A DNA stretch of 54,832 nucleotides from Peribolospora baueri (taxonomy: Eukaryota), in NCBI GenBank assembly GCA_029717555.1, contig JAMDHS010000117.1, positions 1 to 54,832 on the forward strand. The letters run 5' to 3'. Below the pieces are notes generated by a model that ran no database searches, was not told where the DNA came from, and worked only from the letters and a program-made list of their open reading frames with translations. A program made the position numbers and the translations under genes. Shown piece by piece: positions 22,694 through 34,123 of this stretch; position 1 is the stretch's first letter; each line of letters starts with the position of its first letter.

Positions 22694-25600
22694 TCACGCA
22701 CACAAGACCTCTGCCACTCGCCGAACAGCCGGCTTCTTCATGAGCGAGAAGTGGTCGGCGTCGACGGCAATCCGACGGACGACAAAGTCGGACTCGAGTT
22801 CCTCGTCGCCAGAACGGAAGAGCTTCTGCCACGCTTCGAGCGAACGCAGGCTCACCGGAAGATCCGCGCCATGACCGACACGGCGGGTCGCCTCGATGAT
22901 GACAACTTGCATCGCGATCCGGTCCGTCTTCGCCGCCGAACGCGTCGACCCGGTGAGCAAAGACCTCGGGCGCAAAGGCTTGGAGATGTGATCCCTCAAG
23001 GCCTGGGCGCAAAAGATAAAGTGCCGTTTCTGGTAAGCCGGGATGTCTCGGTTGTTGAAAAAGTGTTGGAATATGTCTCTCGGCGCTCGCCGTCCCGGGA
23101 GCAGCGCGGGCGGAGGCGAGTCGATGATGTACAGCGCCTCGACCGTCTCGCCCATCTCGGTCAGCAGGCGGCAGACCTCCAACGCCATGAGGCCACCGGC
23201 GCTCCATCCGCCGAGACGATAGGGACCCCTCGGCTCCTGCGCTAGAATCTGGTCGAGGTAGCTGAATGCGGCTTGCGATACGCCCTCGGCCCATCTTTCC
23301 GGCTCCTCAAGGAAAGGGCTGTCGAGAGCGTAAACGCGTGCCGCTCCCAAGTCGAACTCGGCCAACTCGTTGAGCGCTCCAGCCGAGCCACTCCCATCGG
23401 CAAGGAGAAACAGCGGCGCTCGGCCGACATCGGACCGGAGGCTGCTGCTTCGACGGAGCGACACGAGGCTTGGGCGGCGGTCCTTCACGTGCGACTCGCC
23501 ACAGGGCGACACCGTCTGGGTGTTGTGGAGTCGCTGGTCGAGTTCTGGGCCAAGCTTGTAAAACGTTGGCGGCAAGGCGTTCTGGCAGTTCCGCGGGCTG
23601 GAGGGGTCAGAACCCACGACTGTGGTAGTTGGACTGCTCGTCGCCTCATTGCTGCTGTCGTCAGCCTTTGTGAACGCCGACTTGGACTGAGCTCCCGTGA
23701 TCCTAGGCGAGGGGAAGAGCGCCCTGAAGACGGTTTCTTTCATCCTGCGGAACTGGACGCCCTCCATCATGCCCACCAAGTCGCCCGTCCCCGCCTCGAA
23801 AAAGTAGGCGTCGCCGCACACAACGCCTCCGTTTGAGCCGGGCAAGGGGTACATGGCGCAATACGCATGCAGGGGCACCCCAGGTCCCTTCCTTGTCGTT
23901 GCCGCGCTGATCTTCTCAACGTCGAACCGCACGCTCGCCAGTCCGTTCGCGATGTAGACCTCACCCTGCCCAGCAAGGCTGACGTTGGGGATGAAGCCCG
24001 ACAGCTGTCCAAGCGAGTCCTGTATCACCGGGTTAACGACAAAGTCGCCGGCGGGTGCCTCCAGGGACAGGCGAACGTCCGACACGGCCTCATGGCCGTT
24101 TTCCGAAAAGTAGACGGACTGCATGCCTTGGTAGAAGCGTTCGTAGGTGACGACACTCTCGAAGAGCTCGTAGCCCAGGTCGGCCTTGATCACATCGTCG
24201 GACCGTTCACGAAGAATTTCGGCACGGGTGGTGACGAGCGGCCGCATGTGCTTCCAGAGGTCGTCCAACGATCGCCGGCCGCCGGCCTCCTGAGGGACGA
24301 CAACGCAAGTGCCGTGCTCGCGCTCGTGGAAACGCCCATCCTGGTCTGTCCCACGGCTGGCGAGGCTGATGACGAGCCCAGATCCATCTTTGGCGAGACT
24401 TCCCTTGGCGGTGACGATGATGACTTGGTCACCGTTCTGGTCGTCATGTCGAGTCAAGGGGTGCGAAATGGCGACGTCCTTGACCTCAAACGCCGGGCAC
24501 GTACCGTCGTCATCCTTCCCGCCGTCCTGCAGGTAGTTGGCCACCTCGAAAGCGAGCTCGGAGACCATCGTTGCAGGGAGGAGGCCCGCACCGCCGACCT
24601 TGTGGCCCATGATGATTTCCTTGCACGGCGAGCGGTTAGTCTTAGTCTCGAACGTCGCCTCTACAAGGTCTCCGGTCCGGGACGCGCACAGGCATACGTC
24701 CAAGAGACTGCCTCGGGGCCGTGGGAGATGCTGAGCCGGCTGGGGGTCATCCTTCCGAGCGCTGTCGGAGGACGCAAGGTGGTCTCTCAGATTCCTATCT
24801 GCGTATTCGATCCAATAGGCCGCGTCACTCCCTTTCACGTCGAAGGGATACGTCGGTACGCCAGCCAAAAGGTGTCGGGGTTTAGAGCCGAAGTCCTCGT
24901 ACACCCGCCCCCAATCGAGGTCCGCGCCGTGCAAGTAGGCGGCGCCGAGCAGGTCGAGGACGGACCGCGAAGGGTCGACGCCTTTTCGCAGACATGGAGT
25001 GCACGTCGGAGTGAACGAGGAGGAAGAGTCCTTCGAGATGTTACCGGTACCCTTCTTGAGCGTCTCGACGACCATGGGAGCGAGGAGGGCCGTCGGTCCC
25101 ACTTCCAACCACATTGCGTCTGGCCCTGCAAGTCTGAGCAAGTTGCTCACGCCCGGCTCGAATGCCACTGTTTCGGCCGACTGGCGAACGAGATAGTCCG
25201 CGTCAATGACGCCGTCCTCGAGCCCCACGACCTTCCCACCGACGTTTGCCGCCACGGGAAGGTTCGGCGGCCTGAACTTGACCGTTCGGACCACCTCCGA
25301 AAAGGGCTCGAGCATGGGATGCACCGCGCTAGAGTGGAACCCGAACGGGACTGGAAGGACGGTGGCGCGACGGGGGCCTTGAGCGTTGGTCGTCGACGCG
25401 TTCTTGACATAGTCCGCCAGCCGACGAACGTCGTCGATGGGTCCGCTGACGACCGTGTCCTTCGGGCTGTTCACGCATGCCACCTGGCAAACGTCCTCGC
25501 ACTTGGCCTCCGTTAGGAGCATACGGACGACTTCTTGTCCAGCGTCCAGGGCAACCATACCAGTCTCGCCCGGTCGGCAGAGCTGAGCGGCCAGCCTGGC

Positions 25601-28600
25601 TTTGCTACCAACGAGCCGAAGCGCGCTCTCCAGGCTCATGACACCTGCCACGAACAGTGCGGCGTACTCTCCCAGGCTGTGGCCGATCACTGCCGAGGGC
25701 TGCATTCCCCAGCGTTTCAGTAAGCCGAAAAGAGACGCCTGGACGGAAAAAATGGCCAGCTGCTCTTGCTCCGGCGAGGGCGAAATTGCCTTGCCACCGT
25801 TCGCTGCATCCTCACCATGAAAGAAGGAGAGGAACGGCTCAAAGCCCCAAGCGACTGCGAGACGATGGCAGTGCTTGAGGTGACATCTAAAGGGCTTGCA
25901 GACGCGGAAGAGCGTCTTGGTGGAAGCTTGAAAGGGAGAGCCACCTTGACCGGAGAATACCCACACCGAGCGTGGAGACGTAGGACTGATCGCCGGAGCT
26001 CGGGGCGGGTCTCCAGGCTCGAGGAACTTCCGCAAGTCATTCATGTCATTCACGACCGCCGCGGCACGGTATAGCTGGCGGCGATGGGTCCGCCCAGCCG
26101 TGGCGACATAGCAGAATTCTCGAAGCCTTGCCGCCTCTGCGCCTGTCCCTTCTTCGCCTCCCCGTGCAAGGAAGGCGGAGTAACGACGCCGGAGCTCGGA
26201 GAGAGCAGTCGGAGTGCCGGCGGACAAAGCGATGACCACTGGCCGAGACCGCTTTCCATCGCCGCCGGACGTGTGAACGACGGAGACGGGTCTCTTCGCT
26301 TGAGGCGCGTCTCGCAGGACCAGACACGTATTACCGCCAGCAGCGCTGAAGTTGGCGACGTAGACAGTGCGTGGTCCTTCCGTCCGACGCGGGAACGGCG
26401 CGCCTCCCGGAGGAGCGAGGCTGAGACCGTCGAGAGAAGGCAACTGCGGGTTCATGGTGGTGGAAATGCCGATATGAACGGGCACAGACTCTCGCTCGAG
26501 CATAAGCAATGCCTTGACGAGCGCGATGGCACCGGAAGCTGACTCGGAGTGTCCCACGTTCGCCTTGACAGAGCCGATGACGAGAGAGGTGGGCAACGCG
26601 GCGGCTTGTGGTCTGAGCGCATTCTTGACGGCGGTGAGTTCGACCTTGTCGCCAGCCTGCGTGCCCGTGCCGTGACATTCCGCAACGTCCACCTGCTCCG
26701 GACGAAGGCCGCACTCGCTCACTATGCTGGTGCAGAGTTCCGCTTGGGTTCGGGCATCGGGGTGCGTTATACTGACGCTGTTGCCCGAGTGGTTGGTAGC
26801 CGCCGCGGTGATGACACCCAGAATGCGGTCCCCGTCACGTGAAGCGTCGGACAAACGCTTGAGGAGCACGAAGCCGATGGCATCTGCACGCGAGTAGCCG
26901 TCGGCGGTGCGATCCATAAACTTGCACTGGCCGGTGGGCGACAGGAAAAAGCCCCTGTCCAAGCCGACGAATATCTGAGGCTGGGTCAAGACATTGACGC
27001 CGCCGGCGAGCGCCGCCGTACATTCTCTGCGCGCTATGGACCTGCAAGCAGACTCGATAGCGACGAGCGAGGAGGAGCAGGCGGTGTCGAGGGTGATGGA
27101 AGGGCCCGTCAAGCCGAAGAAGTCGCTGATGCGGTTGGAGATGAGCGGTCGATGGGTGCCGAGGAAGTGATAGGGATGCATCTTTTCAGGCCTCTCGCCG
27201 TCACGGCCGCCATGCTCCTGATAGTCGTCGCTCGACACACCCACGAAGCAGCCGATCTGGTGCCCTCTCGTTTCAGGGACATAAGCGGCATATTCAAAGG
27301 CCTCGTGAGCACACATGAGCGCCAGACGCTGTTGAGGGTCCATCTGACGCACGGTCTCCCGGTCGGCGATGCCGAAGACGTGCCTGTCGAACGTCTTGAC
27401 CTGCGACTCGGAAAAGGCGTTCATGGTATGGGCGCGCATCGAGTTGCGCTCCCGACGACCCTTCGCGTCGGTGCGCCAATAGTCATGCACGTCGAACAGA
27501 TGGGGAGGGATCTGCGAAGACAGCAAGAAGACTGGGATTAAGAACCGGGTCGGCGACAGGCCGCGGGGAAATTCTTCACCGTACGTACCTCTGTGCACAT
27601 GTTGCGGCCGCGTTCGAGGAGCGCCCAGGCTTCGTCCAAATCGTCAGCACCGGGGACTCTGCAGCTCATGCCAATAACGGCGACCTGCTCGTTTTCCGAT
27701 TGGCCGAGGCAGGACAGCGTGGGAGGCCGGGGGGTGCCGATCGAGGGCGCATCAACGCGAACGTCGAGGAGGGATGGCTTGCCTCCAATCTGAACCCAAG
27801 CGCTCCGAACGGCGTCCAACATGCGTTCATCTTCCTCGGTGGATGCGAGAGAAGGGAGGATGGTGACGGAGGCGGGTGCACCGGCCTCGGTCCGCGCTCT
27901 GAGGTCGGCTAAAGCGTTCGAAAGGTCGCGCTTGTCATCTGGCGTCGACGAAAGGAGCACATCGGATAGACCGACGTCTGCATGAGTCTGAAGAGCGTCC
28001 AGGAACGCTTGACGGCCGTCAGGGTTGATGCGGTCGACGGCTGACAACGGTGTTCGACGAGGTGGGCGGAAAGGTGCCGCAGGTGATGAGCGTGAGGGGG
28101 AATCAAGGAGGAGGGAGCGATGAAGCTCGTCGATCGATGCGGTTGGCCCCGCAAAGAGGTAGGAACCATCGTTCAACGTTCTGACGAGACGGACGGACGA
28201 GGCAACCGTAGGAGGCTGTGAAGGGTGCCAGATCATCAGCGGCGAGCTAACAGTCAGTGTAGGAAGATTGGTGGGCACGCACGAAAGTGTCAGACATGTC
28301 TTGAGTGGAGACGCTGACGAAAGCTATGAGACCTTGGACGTCGTTAGACGCCGTCTTTTGACGGAGATGTCGAAGCAGCGCCCGCTCTGCCCGAACCGAG
28401 GTTTTGATAGCTTGGACCGCCGAGTCGAGTAGTTGGTCCATCGACTGATCGGCATGGAGGACGGACGCGTAGATCGTGGCGAAACCGAGAGCCAAAGTTC
28501 GAGGCCGAGCGCCGGCGGAAGCGGCAAGGACGACGGTGGCCAGTTGAAGGAGACATTCTGTGGAGAGGTAAAGCCGGTGCGAATGACCGCCCCACGACGG

Positions 28601-28885
28601 GGAGCAATCGCTGCCTCGCAAGAGCACTGCCTCGAGATGGCCAATCTGTTGCAAGAAAGCGAGGTTGAGCTCATCTTCGGCGTCATCCTCGTCGGCCACG
28701 CACTTCGCCGCCCCCACCGTCTCTTGACGGAGAGCATGAAGAGCTCGGAGGAGAAAGGAGTGCAAGATGGAGTTGCATCGAGAGGCATTGGACAGGTGTG
28801 AGAGTCGTTCGTCCAAGCGAGTTAGAAGCGCCGGAACATGGTCGCTTGAAGGCGGAAAGAGAAAAAGAGGCGACGGGGAAAACAT
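22694..28885 (-). CDS. PKS-A: non-reducing PKS, SAT0-KS-AT-PT-TE with no ACP (exons 28885-28283, 28215-27589, 27511-22694)
   Basis: KS triad DTACSSS, ECHGTGTQAGD and NVGHSE; AT motifs FSGQG, GHSLGEY and FGFHS; PT dyad GHKV and QDSLGQ; TE motifs LADGSGS, GWSAGG, DSP and DHFSLM. No GxDSL motif between PT and TE, and no GxCxG in the N-terminal SAT-sized region. Confidence 0.93.
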
Positions 28886-29100
28886 GGTGGGTGGAGAATG
28901 GGGAACGAGAGAGAAAACAGCGATGAGGGGACGAGGACGGCAGTTTAAAGGAGATACGGGCACGGGTGGAAGTGTGAGTGAACACCGCCTCGCTTGTGCA
29001 GTTGCCGAGATCGAAGGCACGAGTGAGGGAAGGAACGGAGCGATAGGAACGTCCGTCTAGGTTGTCAACCCTCCCGTCATGCTTGCCCCACGTAAAACGG

Positions 29101-29107
29101 TGACTCA
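29101..29107. promoter_or_regulatory. TGACTCA (Gcn4/AP-1-type bZIP consensus) about 215 bp upstream of the PKS-A start
   Basis: Exact heptamer match only; a single site can arise by chance. Confidence 0.25.
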
Positions 29108-31717
29108 GGGCCGCCACTTCGTTCTCGTTGGTCGGGTGAACGTGTCTTGGATTAGCATGAGGCATGAATGGATGGACGCTCGGCTCGGCCCGGTCAAATC
29201 CGACCCCGGTTAGAACCACGTCGACCACGTCATACGTTCGTCTCACGCTGCATCCTATGCCTGTAAGCCCCCCGCGGATAACCACCTGGCCTTTTAAATT
29301 CACCCTCCTTACTCCGAGCCTCCTACACGCCGGGGCCGTAGGAGAGGATCGCCGCATTTGCTCGACACGGGAGATCCCCTTGAAGGTGCGATTCCGACTC
29401 GAGCCGATAACGACAGTGCCGAGGCGAACAGAGGAGTGCGATGCGATGCCAGAGGGTGATTCCGTGGGGATCTATAAGATGCCGATAGCGATGCCTGGAG
29501 GATGCGATGCCGATGCGCAATCTACTTCAGATAAAGTGGCATAGAGACTCGGATATAGAGACATACCCACTGGACAGCCGCCGTGGATGCGCGGACAAGA
29601 GATGGCTGGCCAAGCGGTCCAGTCCAGTCCGACGTTGCGCGCCCTTTCAACGGGAAGCCGGCGACTACATGCGGTATGCGTCCTAGTTCCCAAGACCAAT
29701 TTCACGTACGTGTCATCCATAGGTCGAGTCCCTGAAGCAGATGTAGCCGGCCGCCGCCGCCCTGACCTCTTCGAGGTGCGCGCCAGACGCATGCGCCATG
29801 CCGACGACGGATGATGACCGCCGGCCCAGACCGGGTCTTGCTTTGTTCGCCAATCGCTGAGCGCTCCGTGAGACTTGCGATTCAGGTCCAAACCACGTTC
29901 AACAGGCAGAGCGATGGCTGCCGAGAGCGCTGTGGCTCGAACGAGCTAAAGAAATTTGGGAGCTCGGCTTCGTGAACAACCGACCATGCGATCCTCCGTG
30001 CCCGCCATCGCGAGCCTTGCAGGGCGACGAGTAGGTCGCTCACTCACCCATCTTCTCGGCAGTGCCTTGGCTGTGGCGGGTTAACAGGACTCAAGAGGAA
30101 CATGTCGTAAATATCCAGGTCCTCCAGCCACGGACCGATGGCCCCTCTGGCCACGTACGTTGAGTTGGGGGGTCGAGCTGACAGCGATACTGATCCTGAC
30201 CCTGATTCTGATTCTGAATGGTTGCTTGCGCGCAACGATGCCGACCGATCTCGCCTCCTCCACGTGGCGTCAGATCCGATCGCTGCGGCGCGCGCGCGAG
30301 TAATTTTCCGCGCTCGGCAGGCAGAGCTGCCGGTCCACGCTCTCGGTCCACTTTTCCGCATGCGGATTTGGTTACGACCACCGTCGTGCGATGGACAACT
30401 TCTCATCAGGCTTCTCCATCTTGGCGCCGCTCGCTCGCCCAGGACCGCGTGGGCCAGTTGTACTCCGACGGCGGGTTCTTTTTGTGCCAGCAGTTCAACG
30501 AACGCGAGAACAAGTGTTGCGAAAAGCAGCGTCTAGAGGCGCTGCTAGAGGGTACGTAAGCGTTTGCTCACACTTGGGAGTTGCAAACCTGTAACGGTCA
30601 TTGCCGACGGAGCAGACAACATAGGAAAGACGAATTCCTTTTAGATTCCAAAGTTGCGGAACGACGACGTGGGCATTTATATACGTATCGTCGGAGGTTG
30701 AAACGGATATCTTCACATGGAGACAAGGCTCTTGTGGACAAATGAGCGTCGGGCCGCCACCGTGCAACTGTTGCGCGACCAGAGAAAATGCAAGCTCGGG
30801 CAGCAATACGGAGGCCGCTTCCTGAGCAAAACCGTTCGCGAGCTGACGTACATGAACCATGAAGAGTCACGATAAGGACGGCAGCAGTGAAGGTGTGTAG
30901 GCATGCGTAACAACGTAGCGACGAGCGACGACCTGAGGCTGCGCATGCGAACTCGAACTCGTGTCGACGTACTCGCCCTAGCCACGAGGCAGAAGACGGG
31001 GTGGTACCGTTCGTCATAATGCCAAGAGTGTCCCCACATAGGGTTCTCTCCGTCCTCCAGTGCTTGACGACACGTGCGAGATACGAAAGAGATAGCCGCA
31101 TGGCGGTAACGAGGTATTAATCGGTCGTGCCATGACATGGCTGGTGCCGCTGCCCAAGTCCGTGAGTGTTCACCGGCCGCCTACAAACGCTGTCGAGGAC
31201 GGAGGGAAGGCAGCTCTGCTCCCTTGGAGCCTCGCTTCCGCGCATCATTGGACAGGTCGAATCGCCGGCCGCCCGACCAACTATTAAGCCATGGTCAGCA
31301 CCATCCGTGACCATTCCGACACAGCCCCCCGCGGGCATGAATGCGCTTGCTCAGCATGGCAGAGTAAACCACATCTACCTTCTGCAAAGCCCTCTCTTTC
31401 GCTAAGGACGTTGTCGTCCTCGCCAGCGCCGGTTGTCACCCGCGAGCGATATTCCAACTTTAGAGGCATTACGGGGTCTTGCTCGTCGCCTTGAGCAGTC
31501 AGGTGAGGACGCTGGCAGCGAGCGAATCGCTGGCCATGCCAGACTCGCTCGCCTCCACGAGCCCAAACCAGTCGCCTCCTCCGAGCCTTGCGCGCCTTCG
31601 CATCCTTGCACCCTTGCTCAAATTCTGCGCCGCCGCGTTGATCTTTCACGTCCACGATGTCGCCCGCATCGCAAGTCGTGTGGTAGGGATGACCCAAGTC
31701 TCGGCGCGCTGCGGCCG

Positions 31718-31748
31718 ATGATTGATTGATTGATTGATTGATGATTCA
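31718..31748. repeat. (GATT)n microsatellite
   Basis: Read directly. Confidence 0.85.
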
Positions 31749-32264
31749 TGCGTTCCTGAACCCCTTCTCGCCCCGGCCGGCGGGCAGCCCGACTCGCTCT
31801 CCTGGCACCTTTCCTACCAAGCTCCGCCTCGCGAGCGACGTTCGGCAACGGGAGGCGAGCGGTGCGGGCGACTTGCGAGAGCGGGAGGGACGGAGAACGA
31901 GGACAGGCGGGGATGAGAGACACCGGCGCGAGGGAACGACGGGGCGGGAGCAAGACGCGTCAAAGTTGAGATGGCCCGCGACGGCGAAGCGCCGACTCTT
32001 CTTTTCTTGCGACAAGATTCCATGATCATTTGGTCGTACATGTGTCCCGGCCGACAGACAGCATTGATCCACGACCGCGTCCTCGTGGGAGAGCGGTGAC
32101 GTTCATCTTCCCATCTCCATTGCCATCCTACCACATCGCCACCGCCATTGCCTCTTTCTCATTGCACCTCCAGCCCCATCCTCGTCGCTTGACTTCCAGT
32201 CGAACGCGGACACTCTTTACTCCCCCCGACCGAGCGGCCCACTGGCCATCGCGACCTCGCCGAC

Positions 32265-34123
32265 ATGCGGTCCTTCTTTCCTCTCCACAGCCCCGCCTCC
32301 TCGGCCGTCGGCATACCAATCTTCCACAGCGCCGAGGCAGCACGTTTGGGCTTGGCTGAGAGGGACGTATCCGACCAGCCTACCATCTTTAGCTTTTTGC
32401 AGCCGGACGTTGGATATTGTGAGTGGGCGAGGCGAGGTGCGGCGGTACGGGCGGTTCGGTGACGTGCGTCTATTCGTTTTTGTCTACCCCCTCCCCTCAG
32501 CCATCCTCGTCCTCCTCATCTATTTCTCCGTCTGGATCGGCGCCCTAGGTTGGGACATCCTCTCCCATCTCCCCTTCGACTTTAACACCCTCTTCCTCAA
32601 GCAGGCCTTCACCTGGCGGAATCCGATCACCGCCGCTGGCAGAATCACCTATCTGTTTTCCAGGCCCAGCGTCTTCGTCTTTGCTTTACTCGTCGATCTG
32701 TTTTACGGTGAGCTGTGTGGTGTCTGCAAGGACAGGTCAACCCAGTCTACTGACCGACCTTCATGTCCCCCGCCAGTCACCCCGGCGAGCGACTGCGCCC
32801 GCATCCCCTTCGCCTTTCACTTCTTCTTTGCTCTCGCTCACGCCTCCGCCGCCTTCATCTTCCTCGTCCGGGCCTGCTCCCTCGTCTCCTTCAATCGTGC
32901 CCTGTGCATCCCCCTTTCTGCCCTCTACGCCATCACCGTCGCATGGGCCATCGCCATCTTTGGCACCACCGATGCCGCTCCCATCCCCGGCTCTCCTTAC
33001 TGCCAGGTCTCCGTCACCACCAGGAGTGCCGAGGCCGGTTTCGCTGTCAGCTCGTTCGTGTTCTACGTTTTCCTCACCGCCGTCGTCGCCGGCAAGATGA
33101 TCACCGCCGACTGGGAGTCGCATCTGAAGGGAAAGACGATCGTCCAGGTTGTCAATGAGGTCGCATGGTCCATCGTCAACTACGGGTGGGCATGGCCGAT
33201 CGGATAGGCGGACGTCTGAGCGTTCTCTCGCTGACCATCTTAACCCCACCGTCTCTTCCTCCGGGCCCGGTCGCAGCCTCCACTACTACTTCTTCACCAC
33301 CACCGCGCTGCTCGCCCAACTCGTGTCCTATTTCGCGACCTCTCGTCCGGCTTACAAGGCCCTCAACCTCGTCCTCGCCGCCGTCATCTCCTCCACTATG
33401 GCCGGCAGGCTCTACAGAGCTGTCTGTGTCGCCGCCAACGAGGCTACTGTGGCCGCCAACATCTCCTCCTTCTCCAGCACCGCCCCCAACTCCCCTAACG
33501 ACCCCAATGCGAGTTTTATCAGCAGCAGCGGCGGAGTGTTCGCAGCCATCCGTCGTGGCTCCGGCGTCGGTATTCCCAGCAATCGTACCAGCAGCGTCGT
33601 CGGCGGCGTCGGCAGCAGCACTTTGCGTGCCGGACCGGGGCCCCTCGGTCGCACAAGCATGAGCGCCGGCGGCTTCACCTTCAGCACTGCTATAAACTCT
33701 GCCAGCAACTTCTCTAAGCAGTTCAGCGGCGCCGCGCCGTCGGGATCGTTCGTTTCTCCCTTCGAGAAGGGCGGGCGCGCTTCCCCCTCCCCCCCTTCTC
33801 CCGGATTTCGTCGCGGAGGACAAGCGGTGGGCATGACTGACTCGCCGGCGCAAACCTTTGGCATCGGAAACCGGCATAACGACTTCCTTGGCGAGGACCG
33901 GGCCGCGCACCGCCGCGGCCGCCGCTACTCGGACGATGGGGACGGATACGGCGGCGCTGCGGAGAGGAGCGGCTCCCCCGATGTTATGAGCGCCTCTTCC
34001 ACCACTGCCCACGGGGCCGGCGCCAAGGCGGCCTCGTCGCTCCGCTCTCCCTCGTCTGCTCAGGAGCCCAGCACGACGAGCGACGCCGCGGGGGGCGTTT
34101 CCATCATGCCCATCTCCAGGTGA
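32265..34123 (+). CDS. Multi-pass membrane protein, DUF6533-like (basidiomycete-type), with a Ser/Gly-rich tail; about 4 exons
   Basis: Introns ~32419-32500, ~32708-32776 and ~33186-33276 give a continuous frame with about 7 hydrophobic segments. WDILSHLPFD...TYLFSR and NYGLHYYFF resemble that family's motifs. Family call is from recollection, not a search. Confidence 0.7.

Noticed and set aside
23867..25516. 549-aa + strand ORF
   Set aside because: Antisense shadow of PKS-A with no recognisable motifs; expected in GC-rich coding DNA.
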